NCBI GenBank assembly: GCA_035221665.1
Contig: CM069148.1
Coordinates: forward strand, 32,922,001 to 32,986,000
Reading direction: 5' to 3'
DNA length: 64,000 nucleotides
Source: Okamejei kenojei
Lineage: Eukaryota
The position numbers were made by a program, and so were the translations under genes. Positions within the stretch are counted from its first letter, which is position 1; the number at the start of each line of letters is the position of its first letter. The notes below the pieces were generated by a model. It had not been told where the DNA came from and did no database searches. It worked only from the letters and a program-made list of their open reading frames with translations. Shown here piece after piece: positions 13,074-26,011 of this stretch.

Positions 13074-13814
13074 CATTGTCATTTAGACAATTGAGTTTAT
13101 GTGTATGTGTATACTAAAGGATGTTTATGTGTGTTTAATGAGTTTGTATATAGTACTAGTTGAAAAAAGGAAGGTTGGATTCAACGCACGTTGCAGATTT
13201 TGGGTCGTTGCCATACATATTTCTGGTGCCGCAACATGTTACTGAGAGAAATGCATTTACCCCCATTTGTTACTGACAAATGGGTTGAATGTTACTGTGA
13301 ACTAAATTTAGTGTTGGCATCTCTGCATAAATGAAGAGAATCTCATTCACTACTTTTCTTAAGAAAAGTGGAGAATTTAGTATGATTCTCTACATATATT
13401 TTTACTTTTGCAAATATCTCTGATGGCATCTCTCATTTAAACGCAATCCTCGACAGTAAAGATCAATTATAAAGCCTTAAAAATTTAACAATTTTCTGAT
13501 TTCTAAGTACGATGTATGGCTGCTGTGTCTTTTGCTGTATGTATTTTCCCATTACAATTGTGTACAAGTCTTGTCTTCTTGAAATAGTTTGTTGAATGCT
13601 TCCCACTGTTCACCCATTGCTTTACCATTTGACAGAATCATAGTCATACAGGCCCTTCAGCCCACCTTGTCCATGCCGACCAAGATGCCCCATCTAAGTT
13701 AATCCCATTTGTCCGAGTTTTGCCCATATCCCTCTGAACTTGTCCTATTCATGTACCTGTCCACATGTCTTTCGAATCCTATTTATCTGCCCCATTGATC
13801 TTCTCTGGCAGTTC

Positions 13815-16800
13815 TTTTTTTTTCTTTCATATTTTTATTAGCAGTCATGTACAGTAGTATAAACCAAGATTAACATACATTTCATGTACAACTTCTTGTT
13901 TTAAAATAGAAAAATAGCAAAAGCAAGAAAAAGAGAGATAGAGAAAGTTAAGTAAGATAGTAATATTGATAGTTCGTGAAAAAGTAGAGAAAAAGAGCCC
14001 ATAAAGATGTAAAGCACGAGAAAGAGAGAAAAAAAAAAAAAAAGATATAAAGAAAATAAAAGGGATATATCTGCCTCGTATCTTTACACACCCCTCACAC
14101 AGTTCTGAAACAGTTTATTTCCAGGGTTATGTTGCACCATATGCTTGTAATAAGTCGACAAAGGGAGACCAGATCTTTGAGAATTGGTCTGATTTGCCTG
14201 CTAGGACGAATCTCATATCTTCGAGGTGTAACATTTCAGACATAGTTAAGGAAACTCTTTTGGAACGAAGTCAGCTCAAAGCCAACTTCCATTGTTCCAA
14301 AGATAATCAGTTCTGCGTTGCGGTTCAATTTTATTTTAAATAATTTTGTGAAAATTTCAAAAATGTCTTTCCAAAATTTATGGAGTTTTATGCAGGAGAC
14401 AAAGGAGTGTGCTATGGTTGCATCTTGAGATAAGCATTTATCACAGATGGGAGAAACATTTGGAAAAATTGTATTCAGTTTAGTTTTCGAGTAATATAAT
14501 CTATGTAAAATTTTTAATTGAATTAAGGTATGTCTTACATTGATTGAGCATTTATGTACATATAGCAAATATTTATCCCATTTGTCTTTCGAGATTTTTA
14601 TAGATAGTTCTTGTTCCCAATCTCTTCTAATTGCATCAGATGATGGTATTTCTATATTTAGAATGATATTATACAAATATGATATTAAATTAATTGAATC
14701 CGCCTTTCTGTTCATGGCTTCGTGTAATAGATCTGAATTCAAAGTTTGGTATTCTTGTGTATGTTTTTTCAAGTAGTCACGGATTTGAAGGTATTTAAAG
14801 TATTGATTACTTTTCACGTTGTATTTGAGTTGTAGTTGTTGGAATGATAAAAGGTTTCCCATTTCATACATGTCTCCAAACATTTTAATTCCTATTCTTT
14901 CCCAATGGGTAAACGTTTTATCAATAATAGATGGTTTAAACGGCAGATTATTAACTATAGGAGGGAGAAGCGATAGATTTCTTAATTTGAGAGTTAATTT
15001 TATTTGTTTTCAAATTCGTATTGTACTATGAATAATTGGATTTTTCTTGTATATTATATTAATCAGTTTTATCGGTGAGAGAAGGATCGCTCCAATATTA
15101 AAAGGAGAACAATCCTCTCTCTCCACTACTATCTAATCTACCCGTTGGGCAGAATTGTCCAACAAGTGAATTACATTTTTGATATTCACTGCCCAGTAAT
15201 AGTACAAAAAATTGGGGAGTGTTAGTCCACCAAATTCTTTGGGTTTACATAAGTGTCTTCTTTGAATTCTATGGGACTTATAGTCCCATATGAAATTTGT
15301 GATATCAGAATCGAGTTTAAAAAAAAAAATTAGGTAAGTATATTGGTATTGATTGAAATAAATATAAAATTAGTGGTAAAAAAAATCATTTTTATGGCAT
15401 TTATTCTGCCTATTAAAGACAACGGAAGTGTTTTCCAAAATGTAATCAACGCATTTAATTTAGTAAGCAAGGGCATATAGTTTGCATTGAATAAAGATTT
15501 ATATTTTCTGGTAATTTCGATACCCAGATATTTAAGTTTCTCTGTAGCAATTCTAAAGGGGAATTTTAAAAAGTGTGTCGGCTCTTGATGTTTTATCGTC
15601 ATAATTTCGCTTTTATTCCAATTTATTCAATATCCTGAGAAGGATCCGAATTAATTATTCGGATAAAAGCATCAATTAAAGTTAATATGTTTGGTATGCT
15701 GGTTTGCAATTTTGTAGTGTATAATAGTACGTCGTCTGCATATAGTGACATTTTATTATTTGAATGTTTTGTATTATAACCATGGATATTCGGATGCATT
15801 CTTATACTTTCTGCTAAGGGTTCTATCACAAGAGTAAATAGCAGGGGTGATAATGCACATCCCTGTCTATTACCCCTGGATAGTTGAAATTTTGAAGACA
15901 GTATATTATTGGTCAGTATTCTAGCAAGCGGCTTGTCATATAATAATTTTACCCATGAGATAAAATTCTCTCCCATTTGAAATGTTTGCAATACTTTGAA
16001 GAGATATTCCCATTCCACTTGGTCGAATGTGCGTCCAGTGAAATAATTGATAAGTCTTCCTCTTCAATTTTATATGAATGCATTATATTAAACAGACATC
16101 TCAAATTATTGAATGAGTATCTCTTGGGTATAAATCCCAAGAGTATCTCTGGGGTATAAATGCGGATCCGTTTGATCCGCATTTATGAATTTACTAACAT
16201 ATTTGCTCAATCTTCTTGCTAGAGTTTTCGCTAGTATTTTCTGATCTGTTTAACAGTGCAATGGCTCTATATGACCCAGGGTCTTCTAGATCTTTATCTT
16301 TTTTAGGTATGAGTGTAATAGTTGATTCCGTTAATGTTTCTGGTAGTGTTTGTTCTTTAAAAGCGTATGTGTACAGTTTTTGTAGTCGTAGTGAAATTAT
16401 CTCGTAAAATCTTTTATAAAATTCATTACTAAATCCATCCGGTCCTGGCGTTTTACCATTCTTCAGTGAATTTATTGTCTCTTCTATTTCTTTAATTGAG
16501 ACCTGAGCTCCTAATTCCTCTTGTTCCAACAGATTAAGTTTTGGGAGGTTACAGTTATCCCAAAAATTTATAACTTTAGTGATATCTGCTGATGTTTTGG
16601 ATGTATATACATTTTGATAAAATTGAGCAAATCTTTTATTGATGTCTTTAGGTAATGTTAACAATTCACCTTTATCCAATTTAATTTTTGAAATCGTATG
16701 ATCCTTTTCCCGTTTTTTCAGTTGACGTGCCAAGAGTTTATGTGGTTTATCGCCGAATTCAAAAATTTCCTGTTTTGTAATTTGGAATAGTCTTATACTC

Positions 16801-19800
16801 TTGCAGATAAGATTCTGTTTAATTTAAATTTCAGTATTGTTATTTTATTGTGTTTGTCTATGGTTGGTTCTTTAGCATTATCTAGATCCAATTGTCTAAT
16901 TTGTTCTTCTAGCTGCAATTGTTCGTTCTTATTCTTTTTATTTTGAAAAGCTTGATATGAAATTATAGATCCTCTGATAAATGCCTTAAAAGATTCCCAT
17001 TATAAAGAGGGTGAAATGCCTGGGGTGTCATTAGTCTCAAACAAAAGTTCCATCTGTTATTTTAGTTATATACCACCTTGTGTGTCGTTTAAAATTTGAG
17101 GAGTGAACCTCCAAAACAATTTTTATTGGGCATTCCTTCTAGCTTTACGAAAAAAGTTAACGGGGAGTGATCAGAAATGATGCTATTATGATATTTAGGG
17201 TTTGTTGTGTAAGGAATTAATTTCGTATCCACTAGAAAATAGTCGATACGCGAGTAAGTTTTATGTACCATTGAGTAAAAAGAGTATTCCCTTCCAACTG
17301 GATTAGCAATCCTCCATACATCAGTTATATTTGTGTTCTTTATGTATGTATTTAGGAGTTCACTAGCTTTAGATTTTATGTTAAGCCTCTTTGGTTGTGC
17401 AGATTTATCCAGGTATGGATCTAAAACGCAATTGAAATATCCCCCAATTATCACATTTTGATAATTAAACTCTGAAATTATATTCAGGATTTTTGAAAAA
17501 AATTGAGGATTATCAAAATTAGGCGCATAAATATTTACCATAGTAATTGGGGTAGAATGGATCTCTCCTGTAACTATGAGATATCTCCCCTCTTTATCTG
17601 CTATAATATTATTTGATTTAAATGGTATACCTTTACGAATAATAATTGCTGTGCCTCTAGATTTAGAGATATATAGAAACATAGAAACATAGAAATTAGG
17701 TACAGGAGTAGGCCATTCGGCCCTTCGAGCCTGCACCGCCATTCAATATGATCATGGCTGATCATCCAACTCAGTATCCCGTACCTGCCTTCTCTCCATA
17801 CCCTCTGATCCCCTTAGCCACAAGGGCCACATCTAACTCCCTCTTAAATATAGCCAATGAACTGGCCTGCACTACCCTTTGTGGCAGAGAGTTCCAGAGA
17901 CCCACCACTCTGTATGAAAAAAGTCCTTCTCATCTCGGTCCTAAAGGATTTCCCCCTTATCCTTAAGCTGTGACCCCCTGTCCTGGACCTCCCCAACATC
18001 GGAAACAATCTTCCTGCATCTAGCCTATCCAACCCCTTAAGAATTTTGTAAGTTTCTATAAGATCCCCTCTCAATCTCCTAAATTCTAGAGAATATAAAC
18101 CGAGTCTATCCATTCTTTCTTCATAAGACAGTCCTGACATCCCAGGAATCAGTCTGGTGAACCTTCTCTGCACTACCTCTATGGCAATAATGTCCTTCCT
18201 CAGATTTGGAGACCAGAACTGTACGCAATACTCCACGTGTGGTCTCACCAAGACCCTATACAACTGAAGTGGAACCTCCCTGCGCCTATACTCAAATCCT
18301 TTTACTATGAAAGCTAACATACCATTTGCTTTCTTCACTGCCTGCTGCACCTGCATGCCTACTTTCAATGACTGGTGTCATTGAAAGTATGAAGAGTAAT
18401 ATGTTTGGCCGATCCAATTTGCCTTCAGTCTAGTCTGAGCCTGAAGTTTCAAGTGTGTTTCCTGTAGGAAAGTTATGTCTGCATTCAGTGATTTTAATTG
18501 TGCGAAAGTCTTACCCCTTTTGATTGGCTCATTAGCACCTCATTATATTCCAGCTACAAAACGTGATTCCTCCAATTTTCTTTTGTTTATCGTCTTGCAT
18601 TATGAATTACATTGATAACTTTAAGTCATATGGTGCAACACAATACCTCAGGCCTCTAGGTGTTGGGTGGGCACTCGCAGCTACTAGGTTCTGTTGGTAT
18701 ATTCCTTTTAAACTTAACCTTAAAAAAATATATTTGTTTTAAGTGTAAAGTGACATAAAAATAAAAAAGGTGATATTACAGTATCTAAAAATAGAGATAC
18801 TATAAAAAAATAACCTACATGTTTAAGGACTACCGTTGATGTTAATTTACATTAAGCTCCACTCCCTTAACCAAATATTGTAAGAAGGAAGAAGGGCCAG
18901 TTCAAGACCGAGTGAGATATAAAGAAACTTCGAACATATATATCTAATTAAATCTTCAAATAATCTACCATTTACTATATACTTATAGTTTTTACATTTT
19001 ACTTCACAGTCAGATCCCAGTCTCTTATAATTGTAAACAGCTGGTTGGAAGAGGTTAACCAGAATCAGACTCTTGGCCATCTATCTGCTAAGTGTCTGAA
19101 TCTCCTCCCCTCCACTTACACATAACTGGGCCCTAATCTGTTATATGTGTTTTAGTTTATTAGTATGATATTAACATATATCAATATATTTAGCTCATTG
19201 TCCTAAATCTAGTGATTCATTAACAATTTGAAATAAACTTCCCCCCCCGGAGGAGTTAGTCATTATTACGTTATACTAATTCATATTAGATTGCTATTGC
19301 AAAGTTAATTCAATTACTTATATGTTAGTATAAGATTATAAAAATCTTTTAATTTGTAAAATTTTATTTTCAAGTCCATTTGTATTGATTTTTCCATGTT
19401 CCACGGCTCCCCTTTATTTTTAAGTCTTTCATTCGAAGAGAAAAAAAAGTTAGTCCTTGGGTTAACATTCCAAAGAAGATAAGGTGTCTAGACATCACCT
19501 CGTGTAAAATTCCGCTATCTTAACGAGAACATTTATAATTAATTTTATTAAAAAGTCATATTTTCTCATCTTCCCCTCTGCCGATATTTGTAAAAAACCA
19601 GGTCCTGATAGTCGTGATTTACTTATCTGTTGGTCTCGTTTATGACTTCTTGAGCATATTTGTATGCTTCTTCTGGATCAGTGAAAGCACGTTCCATACT
19701 CTTGTAAGTGATTCTCATTTTTGCAGGGTACATTATGCCGTATCATACATTTTGAATTCCTTTCAGGATCTGTCTTGTCTTTGTGAACAGGTCCCGTTTT

Positions 19801-20490
19801 TTAGCCACTTCTGCTGGGTAATCTCCAAAAAATCTAAGATTGTCCTCTTCAAACATCAGATTTGTTCCAAATGGAATTTTTTTCATAATATCTTCCAAAG
19901 CAGAAATGTCATGAAATTTCACTATGATCTGTCTTGGAGAGGCTTTTTCAACCCGTTTGATTTGTGCACTTAAATCATCTTCAACATCATCAATATGTTT
20001 CCTTAGACTACCGATTGTCTCAATGATTTCCTGATTCCCATGCTTCATGTTTTTAGACAGACTTTTATCCAGTGTAGAAATCTCCTCATGTAGCATAGTA
20101 GCAAAGTCTTTCTTTAGTGAATCTCTTACCGATTGCTCAATTTGTTCCATCTGTTTCTCCTTTGTAGCCATTTCTGTGGCTAATCTTTGAGCTTCAGATT
20201 CCTCTTCGGAACTTTCTGATGCTGTTTGCAGAGTTTTTCCCAGTTCTTTGACACGGAGTCTTGTAATAGGTCTCTGGGGAAGATTCTTCTTTTGCATTTA
20301 AAAGTACCGTTATTCTCCGTTATTTCGCAGCGATTTCTGATGACGTCACCTGCACGATGTCAAGCAGCTACGGTAAGTATTTTTAAATCTGTCCTGTCTT
20401 CCAAAATGCCTTTTTAAGCGATTTCACGCATTCGTCGGGAGCGGAGCTGAATGCTGCGCCTCTCACAGTTCCATGGCGCCACCAGAAGTC
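13815..20490 (-). mobile_element. Full-length L1-clade LINE (ORF1 + ORF2, disrupted)
   Basis: TSD TCTGGCAGTTC at 13804-13814 and 20491-20501; poly(A) and AATAAA at the left end; 5' end GACTTCTGGTGGCGCC; ORF1 from 20297 (coiled coil, PRQIIVKFH); ORF2 EN (FLQETH, NIYAPN, SRIDYF, SDH), RT (PGPDGF, RQGCALSP, LYADD) and C-terminal CDKC..H..C. It sits inside an older CR1 3' fragment. Confidence 0.93.
17671..18378 (-). mobile_element. CR1 LINE 3' fragment nested in the L1 endonuclease domain
   Basis: ORF 17844-18368 (LVRPHVEYCVQFWSP, RRLRGDLIE); (ATAGAAAC)n tail; L1 EN coding sequence resumes on both sides. Confidence 0.9.
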
Positions 20491-20794
20491 TCTGGCAGTT
20501 CATTCTGTATACCCACCAACCCGAGTGAAAACGTTGCCCCTCCGGTTCCTATTAAATCCTGCCTCTATCACCATACATGTTCTTCCCATACTTTTTAAAC
20601 CCTGAGTTCAATACCTATTATTTGATTGATGTTTTTAATGCACTTTAGATATTTTCTTAACATTTTTATTATTCCTACAAGGTTATAGGAATTATTTTGG
20701 TGGAAGTAGCTAATATTGATGGTGCCTAAGGAATTGTGTTAAGGAGCATAACATTTAACTTTAAAAGAAAAAAACGTTTTTTCTCTTCTTTCAG

Positions 20795-20976
20795 CTGGTG
20801 TGTTACTGATTTTCAATAACTACATGGGAGACCAACTTAACTTTGGCTTTGCTCTAGAGGAAATGAAAATAGAAAGAATTTCTGTGGAGATGATTATTGT
20901 AGGAGATGACTGTGCCTTCACCACGCAAAGGAAAGCTGGGAGGAGGGGTTTGTGTGGTGCAATACTTATGCTCAAA
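20795..20976 (+). CDS. TKFC: TKFC coding exon (AGVLLIFNNYMGDQLNFG...GDDCAFTTQRKAGRRGLCGAILMLK)
   Basis: Polypyrimidine tract + tttcag acceptor, gtaagt donor, 182 nt, phase 1/0; matches the DhaK-domain LLIVKNYTGDRLNFG...GDDSAF..KKAGRRGLCG region. Confidence 0.95.
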
Positions 20977-21789
20977 GTAAGTATGATAGTTAAAGGATCT
21001 GAGGTAAAGAATCTGAGACCTGATGTTTTGTATAAGATTATTCTCACATAATTTGGTGTCATTTTTCAAAATATTTTGAAAATAAAAAATTCTGTCGAGA
21101 CCAGAGAGCATGGGCTAATGTAGGAAGTGATACGCTATTTATGCATAATTTGCCTCTTGATGGTCACAGACAAATAGAAATTCCACTGCACTGTAAAGCA
21201 TGCACTGAAATAGGAGTATCAGGAACCTGTGCTACTTCATTCAAGTGCTGTTCGCATAAGAAATTCACGTGCGCACATTGCTAAATGATTTGAGTGTGTG
21301 TAACCGGTGACATGTTTTTTGTACTTTGGGCACAGAATGGAGAATAATTTCAGGAGTCCTGTGCACAAGTGGAGCCTAATCAACCAGCATTTCTTAAAGC
21401 TAAGTTGTTTGATGCCAATGACTGTTGTTGGAAGGCATTACATGGCTTAGAGAACACTCAAAGCAGCTCTTGAGAGCCAGAGGGAAACAGGTATCTGTTT
21501 CTGAAAGGTGTCTTCAAAATAGTTTCAGAAGAGGCCAACGGTAAGAGAGACGTCCTGCCTGCTTTTGGGCCTAGAATTAAATTCAAATCTTAGACTAAAG
21601 TGACAATTGGAAGATGCTACTAGGCTAGGTGAGTGTCAAGTACAAAGTCCAAGTATCTGACTGAAGAACTGCAAAAACACGATTACTTCATGTGCCAAGG
21701 TTCAGTAAATATATCAGCAAAGGCCAACCCACACATTGTTTCACTTTCCACAACTTAAACACACGCCTCATATCAGTGTCTCTCAATTG

Positions 21790-22300
21790 GCTCTTTGGCG
21801 GGAGATCAATAATCTGGTTGAATGGTGCGAGAACAACAATCTAGTTCTCAATGCTGGCAAGACCAAGGAGATGATTTTTGACTTGGGGAGAGACAAGGAA
21901 TCATGCACTTTCTTCATTGGGAGAGTCAGTAGCTCCAAGTTCCTGGACATGCACATCTCTGACTATCTGTTCAGCACATTGGTGTAACCATGAAGAAACA
22001 AAGAAAACTAATAAATTCCTCTACTTCCTCGGAATTTTGAGGAGGTTTATGCAAGTAGCCGAATACTCTGTGAGTGTACAAGTGGAAAGCATAATGACTG
22101 GTCGCATCAAGGCTTGGCTCGGAAACTCAAACACGTAAGAATGAAGGAGGCTGCAGAAAGTGGTGGTCAGATCCATCATGGGGACTGACCTCATGATCAA
22201 AGGGATCTGCAGGAAATGCTCTCAAGGGCAGCTAATATCATCAAAGACTCACGCCACCCTTGCCAAACTGTTTGCTGGCACTATCTGGAAGTAGATACAG
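21790..22300 (+). mobile_element. Old Rex1/Babar-like LINE RT fragment
   Basis: WCENNNLVLNAGKTKEMI, SSKFLDMHIS, LQKVV motifs; heavily decayed. Confidence 0.6.
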
Positions 22301-22874
22301 GTGTCTAGAACCTCAGCGGGTCAGGCAGCATCACTGGAGAACATGGATAGGTAATGTTTTAGGTTGGGTCGCTTCGTCAGATTGGAGGTTGGAAGAAGGT
22401 TCCCAACCCGAAACAGTATCTATCCATGTTTTTCAGAGATGCTGCCTGATTCGCTGAGTTACTGCAGCGCTTTGTGTCCTTAATTATTTGGATTTGTTTT
22501 GGATAGATGTATGAAAATGCTAAGCAGTATAAATATGGTAATATAAGAACTGTCCAACGATGAGTTCCAAATTTTGTTAGTAATAACTCTTTGAATGTAG
22601 GCTTTACTGGGAGGTCAGCAGGTTTTGATACAATTTTAATTTTAAAATGAGAACCCATCTTCTTGATATGCTAAGTGGTGCAGCAAAATGCTGAATTTTG
22701 ACCTGATTTATGGATTTTCTAATTGCTATTTTAGAATGTATATAATCCTTGGGAGGAGCTTCATGAGGCTGGAAGGTAGTCACAAAATGCTGGAGTAACT
22801 CAGCGGGTCAGGCAGCATCTCTGGAGAGAAGGAATGCGTGACGTTTCGGGTCGAGATCCTTCTTTAGACTGACA

Positions 22875-23497
22875 TCAGCTTTGACAGAGGGAAGTGATTC
22901 AAAGAGTTTGTGGCCAGGGTGAGAAGGGTCAGAGATGATCTTACCTACTCGCTTCCTGGCCATTGCAGTGTACAGTTCGTCAATGGAGGGAAGGTTGCAG
23001 CCAATAACCTTCTCAGCTGATCGGACGATTCGCTGCAGACTCCGGATGTCGTGCTTGGTGGCTGAGCCGAACCAGACCATGATGGAGAAGGTGAGGACAG
23101 ACTCTACGATGGCCGTATAGAATTGGACCATCATTGCCTGCGGCAGATTGTGCTTCCTCAGCTGCCGCAGGACGTACATCCTCTGTTGTGCATTTTTTAC
23201 TATGGAGTCTATGATAGCCCCCCCCCCCCCATTTAAGGTCCTTGAAGATGATGGTTCCCAGGAACTTAAAAGACCACAGATGTGACTGGTGTTGTTGATG
23301 GTGAGTGGGGTGAAGTGAGGGGAGGGGGTGCTCTCCTAACGTCTACTATCAATTCCACTGTCTTATGAGCATTGAGCTCCAGGTTTTTGTGATGGCACCA
23401 GTACGTCAGCTGTGTCACTTCCTGACTGTAGGCAGATTCTTCCCCACCCTGGATCAGTCCAATCAGGGTTGTGTCATCCGCAAATCTGAGAAGCTTG
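22875..23497 (-). mobile_element. Rex1/Babar-like LINE 3' fragment, adjoined by a Penelope-derived repeat (22776-22872)
   Basis: LLRFADDTTLIGLI, WCHHKNLELNAHKTVELIVD, FYTAIVESVLTFSIMVWFG, DPSHPGH motifs. Confidence 0.8.
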
Positions 23498-23623
23498 ACA
23501 GAGGAATACCACATGGAATAATAAAATTGCAAACACCGTTTCCACTTCATTCACCTGATCATGTAGTAGAATACTGCATCCATCTGCGCGTTACACATCA
23601 TGCACACAAACATACGTTGCGGT

Positions 23624-25022
23624 CAGGCATGTGCCATGAATAATTACTCAGGGTAGGCAGTCAGACGGCTTTAAAAAAAAATGTAAACCGCACATGCGCA
23701 GATTGTTCTCTCCGTAAAATTAAAAAATAAAAATAAAAACAGTAAAATTCAATTTTCCCAAGGCTTCCTAGTCTCCTTTATTCTGAATTACTGAATGGGT
23801 GGGGGGTGAAGGGTGATGGCAGGTGGAGAGATGGTGGGAACAACGGGAGCACAGGGAAAAGTTGAATCAGTTGTCATCTAATTGAATGACAACACTTGAT
23901 CAAGGGACCAATTGGGGGGACAGTTCCTTTCATAGCGTGCGGAGAGTCTATGCCAGGGGTAAAATTGTGGGGAGGGCAGGAGTGTTGAGAAGGATGGGGT
24001 CGGGGATGATGCCAGTAACGCACTCACTCACCGCTGCCGCAGCTCTCGCATTGTAGCCGGGGATAGAAGCAGCTCGGGTAGCTGCGAGCTGCCGCTGGGA
24101 CCCGACAGCAGAACTGGCCGCCACTTCAACGCCTTCAGGCGGCCCGCTCACCTCTGGCAGTGCTCTCCGTCTGAACACCTCTCACCTGCCGCTCGCTGAT
24201 GTCAGCTGCTTCCTGCAAATCCTTAAATTCCCACAGCCGAGTAACCTCAATCGCGCTGTTAGAATTTAATAATTTGCGGGACATGAATGAGGCCAGCGAG
24301 CGGCAGGAGAGAGGTTTTTAGACAGAGAGCTGCCAGAGGTGAGTGGGGGCCGGCAGAAGGCGCTGAGGTGGCGGCTGTTTCCACTGTCCGGCCCGGCGGC
24401 CGCTCACAGCCACCCGAGCTACTTCTCCCCCCCCGCCTCAATGCGGTGGCTCCGTGCAAGGAGCGTCGCAAGTGGCATTATCCCGATCCCCTCCTTCACA
24501 ACATTCGTGCCCTCCCCGCAATTTTACCCCGGGCCAGACTCCCCAAACGCTGTGAAAGGAGTTCTCCCCACACCACGGGAAATACGGTATTTAAAAACAT
24601 CACCAAGAAATGTACTTACCACGTCATTGGTACATGAGTTCCATTCTTCTCTCTCTGTTTCCTAAGATACATTTAAAATAATGCCAATCCATATTTGAAA
24701 ACCCGCCCTGAAACTAGCGCTGCGCTTGCGCCTAGGCTGCTGCGCCTGCGCAGTGCAGCAAAGGCAGAATTTCTGCTGCCTTCAGCCCTGCTTGAAATTG
24801 ACGGCTTCCAGCAGCGCTGACGGCTCGTGGGCTGCACAGACCTTCAAGGGTTACAAGCGCTGCGGTTGAAAGGCACGGAGAACTATGCCTACCTAAGAGA
24901 TCGATCTCTTAGATAGGCATAATTCTCCCATGCCTTTACTATTTATATTTAGTTATTACCATTTTATAATTTTAGTCAGGGTAGGCAGTGCCTACCTTGC
25001 CCACCCTGACGGCACGTGCCTG
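23624..25022. mobile_element. Non-autonomous hAT-type DNA transposon
   Basis: TIRs CAGGCAYGTGCC / GGCACGTGCCTG; exact 8-bp TSD GTTGCGGT at 23616-23623 and 25023-25030. Confidence 0.85.
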
Positions 25023-25030
25023 GTTGCGGT

Positions 25031-26011
25031 GGACACTCAAAGGTTTGGTGTCCCAGAAAACAATCGTTACATTATTAGCGAAAAGCAAACATTTTCACCA
25101 ATGTGATCTAAACGGTACATACCTTATGGATTTTAGCTATATCGATGGCCGAAGATTTGTCAGAAGGTTTGATTTGGGATGATATTTTAGTAAGTAAAAT
25201 GTCTCCGTAACGGTCGTTGTGGAGCTTCTGGAAGTTGACGTGAAGGAATTAAGTTAGCGACTTGGTCCGTACGAAAGGTAAACAAGAGACAAGCCAAATT
25301 GAAGATTGGCTCAGTTTATTAGGTTTGATGACCAACTTATGTCCAAAAATATTTTTTTAATTGATTTTAAAAAGTCGGAAAATATATCTTAAACGGTCGT
25401 TGCATTTTTGACACCACGATGTTTTTGATATATTAAATTGGAAAATAAGAAAAAATAAGTAACTCGCCCAAAAATCACTACTACCATAGGATACCTCGTT
25501 GGGTTTTTGAAAAAGCAGTGGAGATTTGGAGCCTCAGTGGTTTAACTTACGGAGGTACTGACCCCGATAACGGTCATTGTGACAATGGACACCAAGCACA
25601 ACGACCGTTACGGGATCTTTGATTGATGAAGATATTTCCCTAGATCATTATCAAAACATATATGTATGAGGAGTCATATGAAGTTTATTTATTAATTAAA
25701 TATTCATGACTAAAGGTGGCAGAGTTTTTAATGTCACATTTTTGGTGTCCAAAATGGTGGTAAAACTATGACAATTTGACTGTTATGAAAAACGTTTTTG
25801 TCTTAAGATCTTGAAGTTATCTAATTTATATCTGTTATTTTTAAGCTTTTTAAGCAAAAAACGTTTTTGTCTTAAGATCTTGAAGTTATCTAATTTATAT
25901 CTGTTATTTTTAAGCTTTCACATGGGTAGATTTTTGTTAAGAACAGTGTAATGATGTAAAAACCTGAATAATCTCGTTCCACAAAATCTCTCCAGTATTA
26001 TAAAAAGACTC
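25031..26011. mobile_element. Partial non-autonomous DNA transposon related to 39505-40635 (Sola-like), split by the hAT element
   Basis: Right end AAATCTCTCCAGTATTATAAAAAGACTC followed by ATAT matches the right end at 40607-40635; shares GGTGGACAC / TTTGGTGTCC and TAACGGT motifs. Left end not located. Confidence 0.55.
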
